DNA of 44,559 bases from NCBI GenBank assembly GCA_013153955.1, contig JAADDM010000285.1:1-44559 (forward strand), read 5' to 3'. Made by a program: the position numbers and the translations under genes. The notes under the pieces are model-generated. The model saw nothing but the letters and a program-made list of their open reading frames with translations, was not told the origin of the DNA and searched no databases. Shown here piece by piece: positions 29,205 to 39,324 of the stretch; the stretch's first letter is position 1, and each line of letters starts with the position of its first letter. The DNA comes from Gammaproteobacteria bacterium (GTDB lineage: Bacteria > Pseudomonadota > Gammaproteobacteria > Thiomicrospirales > Thiomicrospiraceae).

Positions 29205-30563
29205 TTAAAGCAGGATGATCGTTGCCAGTCCAAGGAAGACAAAGAAGCCTAACGAATCTGTTACTGTGGTGAGCATTAGGCCTGCCGCGAGGGCGGGGTC
29301 TATTTTCATGCGCTGTAATATCAGCGGAATCGTTGCGCCAGCCAGTGCAGCAACCACTAAATTAATCATCATGGCTGTAGCAAAGATAGCACTGAGTGAC
29401 CAGTCGTCAAACCATAGTTGTACAGCTGTCCCAGTTAATACTGCCCAAATTAACCCATTGAGAAGACCAACTTTGGCTTCTTTGATGAGCAAGGAACGGC
29501 TGTTACTTTTGGCAAGCTTGCCAGTGGCGAGTGCACGAATCACTATGGTTGAAGTCTGATTACCTGCAATGCCACCCATGCTGGCGATGATGGGCATCAG
29601 CACGGCTAACGCAACAATCTTCTCAATAGAGGCATCAAATAACCCGATCACGAGCGAGGCGAACACCGCGGTGAGCAGGTTAATGCCCAGCCAAAAGGTA
29701 CGTCGTTTAGCGGCAAGTCTGGCGGGCGCAAAAATGTCTTCATCTTCATCAAGTCCCGCACTGGCCATTTGAGCATGCTCAGCCTCTTCACGGATAATAT
29801 CAACGACATCATCGATGGTGATTCGGCCTAAAATTTCATTTTGTTCATTCACGACTGCCGCTGAGATTAAGTCATTTTTTTCAAAGGCCTCAGCAACGGC
29901 TTTAGCGGGTAGGTTGGCTCTGATTGGGGGTTGTTTACTGTCAAGTACTTCTTGAACTAAAAGGTCTTCATCATTGATAAGCAGACTGGTCAGTTTGAGT
30001 GTGCCGACATAGCGGCCTTGACGGTCTCGTACAAACAGTTCTGCAGTGCTTTCTGGAAGTTGTCCCAGCTTACGTAGATAGCGCAAAACGACATCAAGGG
30101 TAATGTCTGCACGAATTGAGATGAAATCGGTGCTCATTAAGCCACCGGCAGTATCTTCTGGAAAGGTAAGCGCCATTTCAACGGCATTGCGATCCGATGT
30201 GTCTAGGGATTCCAATAAGGCTTGTTGCTCAGAAGCATCAAGGGACTGTGCAATATCAACAATGTCATCGGTTTCTAGATCTTCAGCAATCTCTGCGATT
30301 TCATGCGTTTCTAAAATTTCTAGTAGACTCGCGCGAACCTCATCATTTGTATGAGTGATAATCTCACCCTGTTGCTCGGTGCTGAGACTGGACCAGATAA
30401 TATGACGTTCACGAGGAGGGGTGGACTCAAGGATTTCTGCAATTTCTTCTGCGACCAGCAGAGAGAGGAGGGCAGAAATTTGCTTTAAATTTTGATCTTC
30501 AACGGCTTGAAGAAGCTGTTCAGTGAGTTTGGCTTTATCAATGATTGTTTGTGCTTGTCTCAT
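29205..30563 (-). CDS. mgtE: Magnesium transporter MgtE
   Basis: TAGGLM CBS pair, GRITIDD, MGGIAGNQ, IDPALA, TTVTD. Confidence 0.96.
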   Translation of the reverse strand: MRQAQTIIDKAKLTEQLLQAVEDQNLKQISALLSLLVAEEIAEILESTPPRERHIIWSSLSTEQQGEIITHTNDEVRASLLEILETHEIAEIAEDLETDDIVDIAQSLDASEQQALLESLDTSDRNAVEMALTFPEDTAGGLMSTDFISIRADITLDVVLRYLRKLGQLPESTAELFVRDRQGRYVGTLKLTSLLINDEDLLVQEVLDSKQPPIRANLPAKAVAEAFEKNDLISAAVVNEQNEILGRITIDDVVDIIREEAEHAQMASAGLDEDEDIFAPARLAAKRRTFWLGINLLTAVFASLVIGLFDASIEKIVALAVLMPIIASMGGIAGNQTSTIVIRALATGKLAKSNSRSLLIKEAKVGLLNGLIWAVLTGTAVQLWFDDWSLSAIFATAMMINLVVAALAGATIPLILQRMKIDPALAAGLMLTTVTDSLGFFVFLGLATIILL

Positions 30564-30689
30564 GTTGCCTCCCTGCTGAAAATACGCACTTTGAGTAAAT
30601 AGGGCTTATTGTAGCAGGTGCGGTGTCAGGCTGGAGGAAAGTCATGCGAATAAAGGGGGAATACAGGTAGGTCTGTCTTGGACTAACGT

Positions 30690-30726
30690 AAAACGCCCCA
30701 GTTATATAGCCTAACTGGGGCGTTTT
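30690..30726. terminator. Terminator after hpf
   Basis: AAAACGCCCCAGTTA-TATAGCC-TAACTGGGGCGTTTT. Confidence 0.85.
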
Positions 30727-30780
30727 GAGTAGATTGAAACCGATAGAAGGTTTCATTGCGTCGAGAATGGTTGTTTGGGC

Positions 30781-31116
30781 TTAGGCTTCCTCAGGAATTG
30801 CCATATTTTTAACGCCACCTGACTTTTTATTATGGTTACTGATTTTCTCTTTGTGCTTGATGATTTGACGGTCAAGTTTATCAATCAGACCATCAATAGA
30901 GGCATACATATCTTCAGTTTCGCACTGGGCAAATAGGTCTGCACCAGATACGTGAACGTTTGCTTCTGCTTTTTGAACCTTTTTCTCGACGGTTAAAATA
31001 ACGTGAACGTTCGTGACATGATCAAAATGGCGCTCTAACTTCTCCATTTTCTCAGAAGTAAAAGTGCGAAGTGCTTCTGTAACATCAATATGGTGACCAG
31101 TAATATTTATTTGCAT
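30781..31116 (-). CDS. hpf: Ribosome hibernation promoting factor
   Basis: MQINITGHHIDVTEALR...DMYASID.L.DKLDRQ. Confidence 0.95.
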   Translation of the reverse strand: MQINITGHHIDVTEALRTFTSEKMEKLERHFDHVTNVHVILTVEKKVQKAEANVHVSGADLFAQCETEDMYASIDGLIDKLDRQIIKHKEKISNHNKKSGGVKNMAIPEEA

Positions 31117-31290
31117 AGTTTGGCTCCTGTCTGTTTATTTTTGTGATCGCCGAAGGTAAAAGTTTGCTTTTAATCTCGGCTTCAATTTCAGTATACCACC
31201 GTAATTTAAAATGGGAACAAGAAAATAATCAGGGCTGGCTATCATGAATTTTAATGGCTAGGTTAGGTTTAATGTAGGGTGTGAAATCGC

Positions 31291-32022
31291 TTATTTAAAG
31301 TCATTTCCTAGGTATACGCGCTTAACCTCTTCATGGGCAAGCACCTCATCAGGCGTGCCTGAGGCGAGAATCGTACCTGCATGCAATATATAAGCGTAAT
31401 CACAAACGCCTAATATTTCACGTACATTGTGATCGGTAATGAGGACGCCAATGTTTTTGTTTTTAAGATGCAAAATAATACTTTGAATGTCTTTAACAGA
31501 GATGGGGTCTACCCCTGCAAAGGGTTCATCTAAGAGGATAAACCGAGGTTCCATGGCGAGTGCCCGAGCAATTTCGACACGTCTTCTTTCTCCCCCTGAG
31601 AGGGCTTGTCCGGGCTGTTCTAAAATATGCCTTATCTGTAGGTCATCGACCAAGCTATTAAAAATATGCTTACGTTTTTTCTGGGTCAGTTCAGGGCGCA
31701 TCTCTAAAATCGCCATGATGTTTTCAGTGACATTGAGCTTTCGAAAAACAGAGGCTTCCTGAGGGAGGTAACCAATGCCGAGCTTGGCGCGTTGGTGAAT
31801 GGCAAGTTGGCTTATTTCCTGATCATCCAAGAATATTTGTCCATCATCATTCTCTACCAAACCGGTCATCATATAGAAAGTGGTGGTTTTTCCTGCCCCA
31901 TTAGGTCCCAGTAACCCAACGACTTGACCGCTATAGACATCGATGTCTACCGAGGTGACGACTTGACGTTTTTGATAGGACTTAGCAAGGCCGCGTGCAT
32001 AAAAGTGTGAGGGGGATGACAT
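31291..32022 (-). CDS. lptB: LPS export ABC ATPase
   Basis: GPNGAGKTT, GYLPQEASVFR, LSGGERRR, DEPFAGVDP, TDHNVRE. Confidence 0.96.
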   Translation of the reverse strand: MSSPSHFYARGLAKSYQKRQVVTSVDIDVYSGQVVGLLGPNGAGKTTTFYMMTGLVENDDGQIFLDDQEISQLAIHQRAKLGIGYLPQEASVFRKLNVTENIMAILEMRPELTQKKRKHIFNSLVDDLQIRHILEQPGQALSGGERRRVEIARALAMEPRFILLDEPFAGVDPISVKDIQSIILHLKNKNIGVLITDHNVREILGVCDYAYILHAGTILASGTPDEVLAHEEVKRVYLGNDFK

Positions 32023-32030
32023 AAGTATGA

Positions 32031-32579
32031 CTACTCCTGATTTGCAGGCGCGGGATTAAAGGTGACGGTGACTCGACCCTGTTCGCTCGAGGTACTTTGC
32101 GCTTGTAAGGTCTGTTTCTTAATATCATAGAACAGCTTAGGGCCTTTAATTTGGTGTTGTCCAGGCTGTTCAATCTGTGCATGACCGATGAGTAGCAGGG
32201 TGCGCTTAGCGGCATCGTACTCAATGGTGGTGGCTTGTCCCGTTAACCAGGCTTGTTCGATTTGGCTGAAGCGTTTAAAGCTGGCAAGGTGTTCGGTGTC
32301 TGCGCCGGTTGCTTTAACGTGTTTAAGTGTGCCATTGGGATGTTGGATAAAAATAACATCGCCTTTAAGGGTTAGGCTTCCCTGCGTAATCACCACATTG
32401 CCTTTATAGGTACTTTGGCCTTTTTTCTGGTGTGTTTCTAAGCTGTTTGCAGAGATATGCACAGGGTGTTCTGCATCAGGAAGCGCACCTTTGGTCGGCG
32501 TTGATTCTGCTTGAACAAGGGGGGCTGAAAAATATAAAAAACTGCATAAAAGGGTTAGGTAGGTGCGAGTGCTGCTCAT
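32031..32579 (-). CDS. lptA: LPS transport periplasmic protein
   Basis: Signal peptide, PVHISA, YKGNVVITQG, GRVTVTF; position between lptC and lptB. Confidence 0.9.
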   Translation of the reverse strand: MSSTRTYLTLLCSFLYFSAPLVQAESTPTKGALPDAEHPVHISANSLETHQKKGQSTYKGNVVITQGSLTLKGDVIFIQHPNGTLKHVKATGADTEHLASFKRFSQIEQAWLTGQATTIEYDAAKRTLLLIGHAQIEQPGQHQIKGPKLFYDIKKQTLQAQSTSSEQGRVTVTFNPAPANQE

Positions 32580-33253
32580 GGGATATTATCCTGTTTGGGT
32601 TCTATGGCTTGCGTATCAACTTGCAGGTTAGTCTGTGTTTTGTCCTGAATGTTGTAAGGGGCTTTCTGTTCTGAATTTAGGTGATAAATGCCTTTTACAT
32701 CCGACAGGAAGTGTACTGTCCCTGTCTGCAGATTGGCATCTAAGCCTTTGGCTGTAGTGGTGCCTAAGGTCTGTTTAAGAGTGACTTTATCTTCACTATG
32801 CAGACGACCCTGCTTTGCATTATAGGTGATATGCTCGGTATGCAAAGTAGAATCTGAATCCCCCGATTTTTGCCCCTTTTGAGATGTGGACTGCTGAATC
32901 ACCACATGACCAGAGAGTTGGATGAGGTTTTCACCGACACTCTCTCCCTGATCACTGGTTATGACCGTTAAACCATCGTCCTGTGTCAGGCGAATGATGG
33001 GCTGGGAAAATTGACTGGTTTGGTCGGATTCACGGTATTTGAGTTCCGTGGTCTGAAGGGTCATTTGTTTATTGGGTTGTGTACGGTCAAACTGCCAACT
33101 GGTACTGTCTATAATTTTCCAGCTATAGGCTGGTAGTTGGGGTGTTTGACTCTCTGCTGTCTCTTGAAAAGTGTTTTGCGGGTTAATCAACCAGAGCGCA
33201 AGCAATGCCAGTATCAGAGCAAAAAGGGGGGTGCGTACTTTAGATAGGGTCAT
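32576..33253 (-). CDS. lptC: LPS export protein LptC
   Basis: N-terminal TM then beta-rich domain (LSGHVVI, LHTEHI, GLDANL); synteny. Confidence 0.85.
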   Translation of the reverse strand: MTLSKVRTPLFALILALLALWLINPQNTFQETAESQTPQLPAYSWKIIDSTSWQFDRTQPNKQMTLQTTELKYRESDQTSQFSQPIIRLTQDDGLTVITSDQGESVGENLIQLSGHVVIQQSTSQKGQKSGDSDSTLHTEHITYNAKQGRLHSEDKVTLKQTLGTTTAKGLDANLQTGTVHFLSDVKGIYHLNSEQKAPYNIQDKTQTNLQVDTQAIEPKQDNIP

Positions 33254-33280
33254 GGTTAGCCTAATAAACCCAGTTACGGA

Positions 33281-33823
33281 TTAATCTAAGTCTCTTAAAA
33301 AGAAGTCCATGTGCTGTTGCCACTTGTTTTGTGAGCGCAGGATTATTTCGCAGGTTTCGCGTACACATCCTTGTCCACCTTTATAAGGAGAGATGTAATC
33401 GACTCTTGATTTAACCTCTCCGTCGCCATCCGCAGGGGTAACGGCCAATCCAATTCTCATTAAAATAGGAAGGTCTAAAATATCGTCTCCGATATAAGCA
33501 ATTTCATCTAAAGCCAGTCCAAGTTCCTCGACAAGTTTAAGGAAGGTAGGCAATTTATCGGGTACGCCCTGATAAAGGTGTTTCACCTTTAAATCCGTCA
33601 TACGGTTGGTAACCAGTTGGGATTTACGCCCTGTGATAATGCCGATATCAATGCCACTCTTTTGAAGCAGAACCATGCCATGACCATCGCGTGTATTAAA
33701 CGCTTTGTGCTCTTGGCCATCATCGCTGTAGATCAGCATGTTATTGGTTAACACCCCATCGACATCTAAAATCAGTAGTTTGATTTTGTTCGCTTTGGCA
33801 GCGATATTTTCAGGGATGTTCAT
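33281..33823 (-). CDS. kdsC: KDO 8-phosphate phosphatase
   Basis: LILDVDGVLT, FNTRDG.G, YIGDDILD, GG.G.VRE; start ATG 33823 after AGGAG. Confidence 0.94.
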   Translation of the reverse strand: MNIPENIAAKANKIKLLILDVDGVLTNNMLIYSDDGQEHKAFNTRDGHGMVLLQKSGIDIGIITGRKSQLVTNRMTDLKVKHLYQGVPDKLPTFLKLVEELGLALDEIAYIGDDILDLPILMRIGLAVTPADGDGEVKSRVDYISPYKGGQGCVRETCEIILRSQNKWQQHMDFFLRDLD

Positions 33824-33924
33824 GCGGTCTCCTAGCGGTAAGCTATGTTGAGCGAGGGAGTCGGCTGGCACTAAGTTAGAAGCGCTTCGTTAAAGTAGGC
33901 GCTAAAACTTAATAGAAGGATGTG

Positions 33925-34911
33925 CTAGCTGACGGTACGTAAATAGATTGTGACTAAATATGCCACAAATCCAAAGGTAAGTAAAAGCCCTTTAGGTCGA
34001 TTAATAACCGCTTGACCTTTAATGGGAATGGCCAATAGAAGCATTAACAGGGTGAATCCCAGCATGACTGGCATATCAATCCACAGGATTTCTGGGTCAA
34101 CAGCGGAAGGTGCAAGCAGCGCAGGGACGGCGAGTACGGCTAAAATATTGAATAGGTTTGAGCCAACAATGTTACCAATCATCAGGTCGGCTTCATTTTT
34201 ACGGGCTGCGGCGATGGCTGCTGCCAGCTCGGGTAAGCTGGTACCGATGGCAATAATGGTTAGGCCTATCACCACTTCAGGTACTTCAAAGGCGTGGGCG
34301 ATTTCGACCGCACCCCATACCATCATTTTGGCACTAATCATCAGAACGATTAAGCCGCCAATGAGGTAGATAATGCTTTTCTTCATACTTAAATCGGGTA
34401 GTTCTTCCAACTCTTGCTGTGTCTCTTGTGCCATCGGGTCATTTGGATCAAGTGATTTGTTGGCTTTAATCATCCAAACCATGACCAATACCAGTGCCAC
34501 GACAAGGATAATGCCGTCTGTAAAATCAAGCATTCCATCAATTACCAGTAAATAAGCACCAGCAGAGAGGGCAAGTAGTACAGGCAGTTCACGTTTTAAG
34601 ATAGAGGATTTGACTACGATGGGTGCCAGCAAGGCTGCAGCACCTAGGACGAGCGCAATATTGGCAATGTTTGAACCGACAGCATTACCCACTGCTAGGC
34701 CAGGGCTATTATCAAGTGCAGCTAAGGTGGCCACCACAATTTCAGGCATGGATGTTCCAAAGCCTAATACGACGACCCCAATGACAAGCGGGGATATTTT
34801 TAGGTGGGTAGAGATGCTGGCCGCACCATCAATAAAGATGTCAGAACTCCAAACTAAAAAAGCGAGCCCGATTAGCAGAAGAATGCTTGGAAGAAGTAGT
34901 GTCGTTGTCAT
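33925..34911 (-). CDS. yrbG: Calcium/sodium antiporter (YrbG family)
   Basis: GTSMPE...GSNIAN and GTSLPE...GSNLFN alpha repeats. Confidence 0.92.
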   Translation of the reverse strand: MTTTLLLPSILLLIGLAFLVWSSDIFIDGAASISTHLKISPLVIGVVVLGFGTSMPEIVVATLAALDNSPGLAVGNAVGSNIANIALVLGAAALLAPIVVKSSILKRELPVLLALSAGAYLLVIDGMLDFTDGIILVVALVLVMVWMIKANKSLDPNDPMAQETQQELEELPDLSMKKSIIYLIGGLIVLMISAKMMVWGAVEIAHAFEVPEVVIGLTIIAIGTSLPELAAAIAAARKNEADLMIGNIVGSNLFNILAVLAVPALLAPSAVDPEILWIDMPVMLGFTLLMLLLAIPIKGQAVINRPKGLLLTFGFVAYLVTIYLRTVS

Positions 34912-35239
34912 GTGACCATCTCATTGTGGATAAAATAAAATTTTGCGCAATTATATCTGAAAACAGACAGTAAATAAGCTTTGTTTATGGCCTTTGTGAG
35001 TTTTGCTAATGGCTGAGGGCGGGGAGAGGGGGAATAAAGCCTTAAATGGGCGCTTTTTTAGGTGTAATGTTAGAGCGCTAAGGATAGAATATTATCTAGT
35101 GATAATATGTTGGTAGTCGGCTTGGTAATAGGTTGCCATAATGCTAGGAGCTTGTTTTATAGCGTTCTTACGCTCCAGTGCTTGGTGTCGTGGAATGATT
35201 CAATCGTATTTTAATGTGATTTTAGAAAGGATAATCAGC

Positions 35240-35935
35240 TTGGAAAACTTACAAATAGGCGCATTTGGCTGGCAACATGATGCTTGGCTTGGTACATTTT
35301 ATCCAGAGGATTTGCCTGAAGATTGGCGTTTAGACTACTACAGTAATGCCTTTCGGACGCTGCTTGTTCCACAACAAACTTGGCAGGCCTGGGCGTTAGG
35401 CGGTGCGGAAGTATTGGAAGAGGTTCAAGATGCGGTGGAAGGGGATTTTTTCTTCTATTTGGCAATAGAGTCTGTTCAGGTTGATTCAGACTTAACGCTG
35501 GCTGTAAACCAAGTGATTGAAGGCCTGTCTGAGCGTGTAGCAGGCCTGGTTATCTTGTCAGAAGCCGCAGAGAGTCAGCAGGTTGTAAGCCAGATTGAGC
35601 GGTTATCAAACCGCGTTAACTTGCCATTGACCTTAGTGACGAAGCGAGTATCGACGGTGGGCGACCAAGCTGTTGTCTCGTTATCTACTTCAAAATGGCA
35701 ATGGACGCATGCGGAGACTTGTCTATCAGGCCAGCCTTTGGCTTATATTGAAAAATTAACGGCAGACGGCCGAGCACAAACGGCACTGCTGCAATCTTTC
35801 TACCAGAGTTTGCCTTTGAATAATTTAGGAGAGAAAGTGGGTGCGGCAGTGATTGTTGGCTCATCCGCTGGCGGTGATATTGATATGAAGCAGTTGGCTA
35901 ACTTTAAAGTGGTTTGCGAGTTTTTAGGTTATTAA
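35240..35935 (+). CDS. Hypothetical protein with DUF72-like N-terminus
   Basis: IGAFGWQHDAW.GTFYPEDLPEDWRLDYYSNAF; probable TTG start at 35240 after AAGGA. Confidence 0.65.
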   Translation: MENLQIGAFGWQHDAWLGTFYPEDLPEDWRLDYYSNAFRTLLVPQQTWQAWALGGAEVLEEVQDAVEGDFFFYLAIESVQVDSDLTLAVNQVIEGLSERVAGLVILSEAAESQQVVSQIERLSNRVNLPLTLVTKRVSTVGDQAVVSLSTSKWQWTHAETCLSGQPLAYIEKLTADGRAQTALLQSFYQSLPLNNLGEKVGAAVIVGSSAGGDIDMKQLANFKVVCEFLGY

Positions 35936-36125
35936 ATAGCGATCAAGAGGTATGGTAGCTAAGCCAAGAATAAAGTAAAAAAAGCCAAGCCATAAAAGCT
36001 AAGTTGGCAAAGATAAAGTGATAAGCTTAAAGATTGAATTGACCTAGGTTTGAATTCATCTAATGAGTAACCGAAGGGATGAGTGGCGTGTTAAATCAAA
36101 TTAAGTGTGAAGCGGGTGTTGTTCG

Positions 36126-36971
36126 ATGGGCGTGAATACAGAGAAGCCTTTAATAGAGATTAAAAACCTGACGTTTTCTCGGGGGAATCGAAAAATATTC
36201 GATGATATTACGTTGTCGATTCCTAAGGGAAAGATTACCGCGATTATGGGGCCGAGTGGCAGTGGTAAGACGACTCTGCTAAAGCTTATTGCGGGTCAAT
36301 TAACACCTGATAGCGGTGAGATTTATGTTTTGGGTGAGAATGTGCACACGGTGTCTCGTAAGCGTATTTATCAACTGAGACGTAAAATGGGCATGCTTTT
36401 TCAAAGTGGTGCGCTGTTAACCGACTTAACGGTATTTGATAATGTCGCGTTTCCTTTAAGGGAGCACACAAAGTTACCTGAATCGGTTATTTCCGCACTG
36501 GTGTTGATGAAGTTGCAGGCGGTTGGCTTACGAGGCGCAAAGGCGCTGATGCCTGCAGAGTTATCAGGGGGCATGGCGCGTAGAGTGGCGTTAGCTCGTG
36601 GTATTGCACTTGATCCAGAAATGATTTTTTATGATGAACCTTTCGTGGGGCAAGACCCGATTACCATGGGGGTGTTAGTTGAACTCATACAGAAACTCAA
36701 CGACAGCCTAGGGCTTACGAGTGTGGTGGTGTCTCACGATGTAGATGAAGTGCTCTCTATTGCGGATTATGTCTGTGTTATCTCAGAAGGTAAGTTGATT
36801 GCAGAAGGGACAAAGGATCAAATTTTGCAAGAGTCAACGGGCTATGTAAATCAGTTTGTGAATGGATTAGCCGATGGACCTGTCCCATTCCACTTTCCAA
36901 GTGATTCTTACAAAGAGGACCTTGCAAAATTGTCAGGGATGACCGTAAATGATTCAAAAGGAAGCGTCTAA
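36126..36971 (+). CDS. mlaF: Phospholipid ABC transporter ATPase
   Basis: GPSGSGKTT, MGMLFQSGAL, LSGGMARR, YDEPFVGQDP. Confidence 0.94.
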   Translation: MGVNTEKPLIEIKNLTFSRGNRKIFDDITLSIPKGKITAIMGPSGSGKTTLLKLIAGQLTPDSGEIYVLGENVHTVSRKRIYQLRRKMGMLFQSGALLTDLTVFDNVAFPLREHTKLPESVISALVLMKLQAVGLRGAKALMPAELSGGMARRVALARGIALDPEMIFYDEPFVGQDPITMGVLVELIQKLNDSLGLTSVVVSHDVDEVLSIADYVCVISEGKLIAEGTKDQILQESTGYVNQFVNGLADGPVPFHFPSDSYKEDLAKLSGMTVNDSKGSV

Positions 36972-37768
36972 TGGCGAATGCACGACAAAAAATACAGTCG
37001 CTATGCCAATCGACAGGTCAATCTAGTATTGAGCTGGTCGCAAATTTTGGTCGCGGTACGCTATTTATATTAGGGGTACTTTCTGCAACGCCTTCGGCAC
37101 TCCTGCGAGTTGATCTTCTGCTCAAGCAACTTTATGTTGCTGGTGTTCAATCTCTACCGATTATTTTGATGGCAGGCCTGTTTGTTGGGATGGTGTTGAG
37201 TTTGCAGGGGTATAACGTGCTAGTGGATTACAACTCGGAAGAAGCGGTTGGTACGATGACCGCGCTGTCTTTAGTGAGAGAGCTTGGGCCAGTGGTTGCA
37301 GCCTTGTTGTTTGCTGGACGAGCAGGGTCAGCATTGACGGCAGAAATTGGCTTGATGCGTTCAACCGAACAAATATCCGCTTTAGAGATGATGGCGATAG
37401 ATCCGTTAAAGTATATCTATGCCCCCCGTTTTTTGGCGGTCTTGATTAGCTTGCCGATGTTGACGCTGTTATTTACCGCGCTCGGTATTTTAGGCGGGTA
37501 TTTAATCTCTGTGGGATGGCTTGGAGTGGATGAAGGTGCTTTCTGGTCACAGATGCATAGCCATGTTGACTGGCATGATGATGTGATGAACGGCATTATT
37601 AAGTCCGTCGCTTTTGCCCTCTTAATTGCCGTTATTGCGTTATACCAAGGCTTTAATGCGATTCCAACCTCGGAAGGGGTCAGTGGGGCAACCACTCGAA
37701 CGGTCGTCCATGCTTCGTTAGGTGTGCTGGCGCTTGATTTTATGCTGACCACTTTAATGTTCAATTAA
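36971..37768 (+). CDS. mlaE: Phospholipid ABC transporter permease
   Basis: RELGPV...AGRAGSALTAEIGLMRSTEQ, ATTRTVV. Confidence 0.95.
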   Translation: MANARQKIQSLCQSTGQSSIELVANFGRGTLFILGVLSATPSALLRVDLLLKQLYVAGVQSLPIILMAGLFVGMVLSLQGYNVLVDYNSEEAVGTMTALSLVRELGPVVAALLFAGRAGSALTAEIGLMRSTEQISALEMMAIDPLKYIYAPRFLAVLISLPMLTLLFTALGILGGYLISVGWLGVDEGAFWSQMHSHVDWHDDVMNGIIKSVAFALLIAVIALYQGFNAIPTSEGVSGATTRTVVHASLGVLALDFMLTTLMFN

Positions 37769-37841
37769 TACCGTATTCACGCCCATTAAACGGGCGAACT
37801 CTTAAAATTTAGATACTATTTATACAAGGCTTTGATTAAAA

Positions 37842-38306
37842 ATGAAAAGACAAACCAAAATTGAAATTGGAGTAGGCGCATTTGTATTAATCAGCTTACT
37901 CTCTTTAGCCGTACTGGCTTTTCAAGTGAGCAATTTCACGGGGTGGAAGGATCGACCTACTTATCAGGTCAGTGCCCTGTTTGATAATATTGGTGGGCTA
38001 AAAGTAAGAGCGCCGATTAAGTTAAGTGGTGTTGTTATTGGTCGAATTACCTCAATAGAGGTCGATCCGGCCTCTTTTAAAGCGCGCGTTTCAATGAAAA
38101 TAGATCAAGGCTTTAATGAACTGCCAATGGATACGTCAGCGTCTATTTTAACGTCGGGTCTGCTGGGGGATCAATACATTGGTTTAGAGCCTGGGGGCGA
38201 TGAAGAGGTGTTGATGAATGGTGATGAGATTGAGATGACCCAATCCGCGATTGTATTAGAAGAGTTGATTGGTCAGTTTTTAGTTAAATTTGGAGAGGGA
38301 GAGTAA
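37842..38306 (+). CDS. mlaD: MCE-domain protein MlaD
   Basis: FDNIGGLKVRAP, TSGLLGDQYI. Confidence 0.95.
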   Translation: MKRQTKIEIGVGAFVLISLLSLAVLAFQVSNFTGWKDRPTYQVSALFDNIGGLKVRAPIKLSGVVIGRITSIEVDPASFKARVSMKIDQGFNELPMDTSASILTSGLLGDQYIGLEPGGDEEVLMNGDEIEMTQSAIVLEELIGQFLVKFGEGE

Positions 38307-38308
38307 CT

Positions 38309-38953
38309 ATGAATATATCGACACTTAAAACGGGTGTATTGGCCTTTATGCTGGCTGTCTCAGGTATGGCAAGCGCAATGGTTTCTCAAACAGAGCCTTC
38401 TGAAATGGTGCAGGCGTTATCAGAGGAGCTGATTGATGCTTTGAATAAAGATCGTGCTGAGCTTGAATCTAACCCTGCGAGTGTCAAGGTGTTTGCAAAT
38501 CGGTATGTGTTGCCTTACATTGATACCGCTAAAATGGCGCGTTATGTGATGGGACGGTATTGGCGAACGGCAACAGATGAGCAAAAATCTGCCTTTAGTC
38601 AGGCCTTTTCAGACACGCTGATTCGTTCCTACTCTAAGAGTTTACTTAAATTAAATATTGAATCGGTTAATACCAAGCCTGCAAAACCCGGCAAGCCGGG
38701 TCGAGTAACGATTGCTTCAGTGGTTGTACAGGCGGATGGTAATAAAACTGATGTGGTTTATCGCGCTTATTTCAATAAAAAAACTGAAAAGTGGATGCTT
38801 TATGATGTAGCGATTGAAGGCATTAGTATGTTGTTGAACTACCGTAAAGCGTACGGTTCAGATTTCGCTAAAAAAGGCTTGGATAAAGTGATTGAAGAGA
38901 TGAATGCTAAAAATCGTATATTTAACGAACGCTCAACTTCTGTAGAGGCATAA
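38309..38953 (+). CDS. mlaC: Periplasmic phospholipid shuttle MlaC
   Basis: MARYVMGRYWR, W.LYDVAIEGISM..NYR. Confidence 0.92.
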   Translation: MNISTLKTGVLAFMLAVSGMASAMVSQTEPSEMVQALSEELIDALNKDRAELESNPASVKVFANRYVLPYIDTAKMARYVMGRYWRTATDEQKSAFSQAFSDTLIRSYSKSLLKLNIESVNTKPAKPGKPGRVTIASVVVQADGNKTDVVYRAYFNKKTEKWMLYDVAIEGISMLLNYRKAYGSDFAKKGLDKVIEEMNAKNRIFNERSTSVEA

Positions 38954-38957
38954 ATAG

Positions 38958-39254
38958 ATGTCCGTAAATCAAGGGTTTAATCAGAGATTTGACGTGGTTT
39001 CTGGCGTATTTACGCTGCCTGAAGTGATGACGTTGGAGTCTGTTTCAGGTGTGTTACAGCAAAAAGGTGCACTTAGCTTGGTGGTTAAATCGGTAGACTT
39101 TGCACACGTTAAACAAGCAGATAGCAGTGTGTTTGCAATGCTTTTGGTCTGGTCTGAAAATATTGACGGGCGGATTAATGTTTTAAATTTACCTGCTGAT
39201 ATGCAGTCTTTAGTCTCTCTTTATAACTTGGATTCAGTCTTGGCGCTCTCTTAG
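38958..39254 (+). CDS. mlaB: STAS-domain protein MlaB
   Basis: VDFAHVKQADSS..AMLL.W...LVSLYNL; synteny. Confidence 0.85.
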   Translation: MSVNQGFNQRFDVVSGVFTLPEVMTLESVSGVLQQKGALSLVVKSVDFAHVKQADSSVFAMLLVWSENIDGRINVLNLPADMQSLVSLYNLDSVLALS

Positions 39255-39324
39255 CGGTTAGCTAATCCAACCTCTTTGTCTCACTCACTCAATTAATCAC
39301 GTGAATTCACGTAAGGTTTGCAGT

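Noticed and set aside
35955-36035. A-rich AAAG/AAGC quasi-repeats upstream of mlaF
   Set aside because: Low complexity with no consistent unit or spacing
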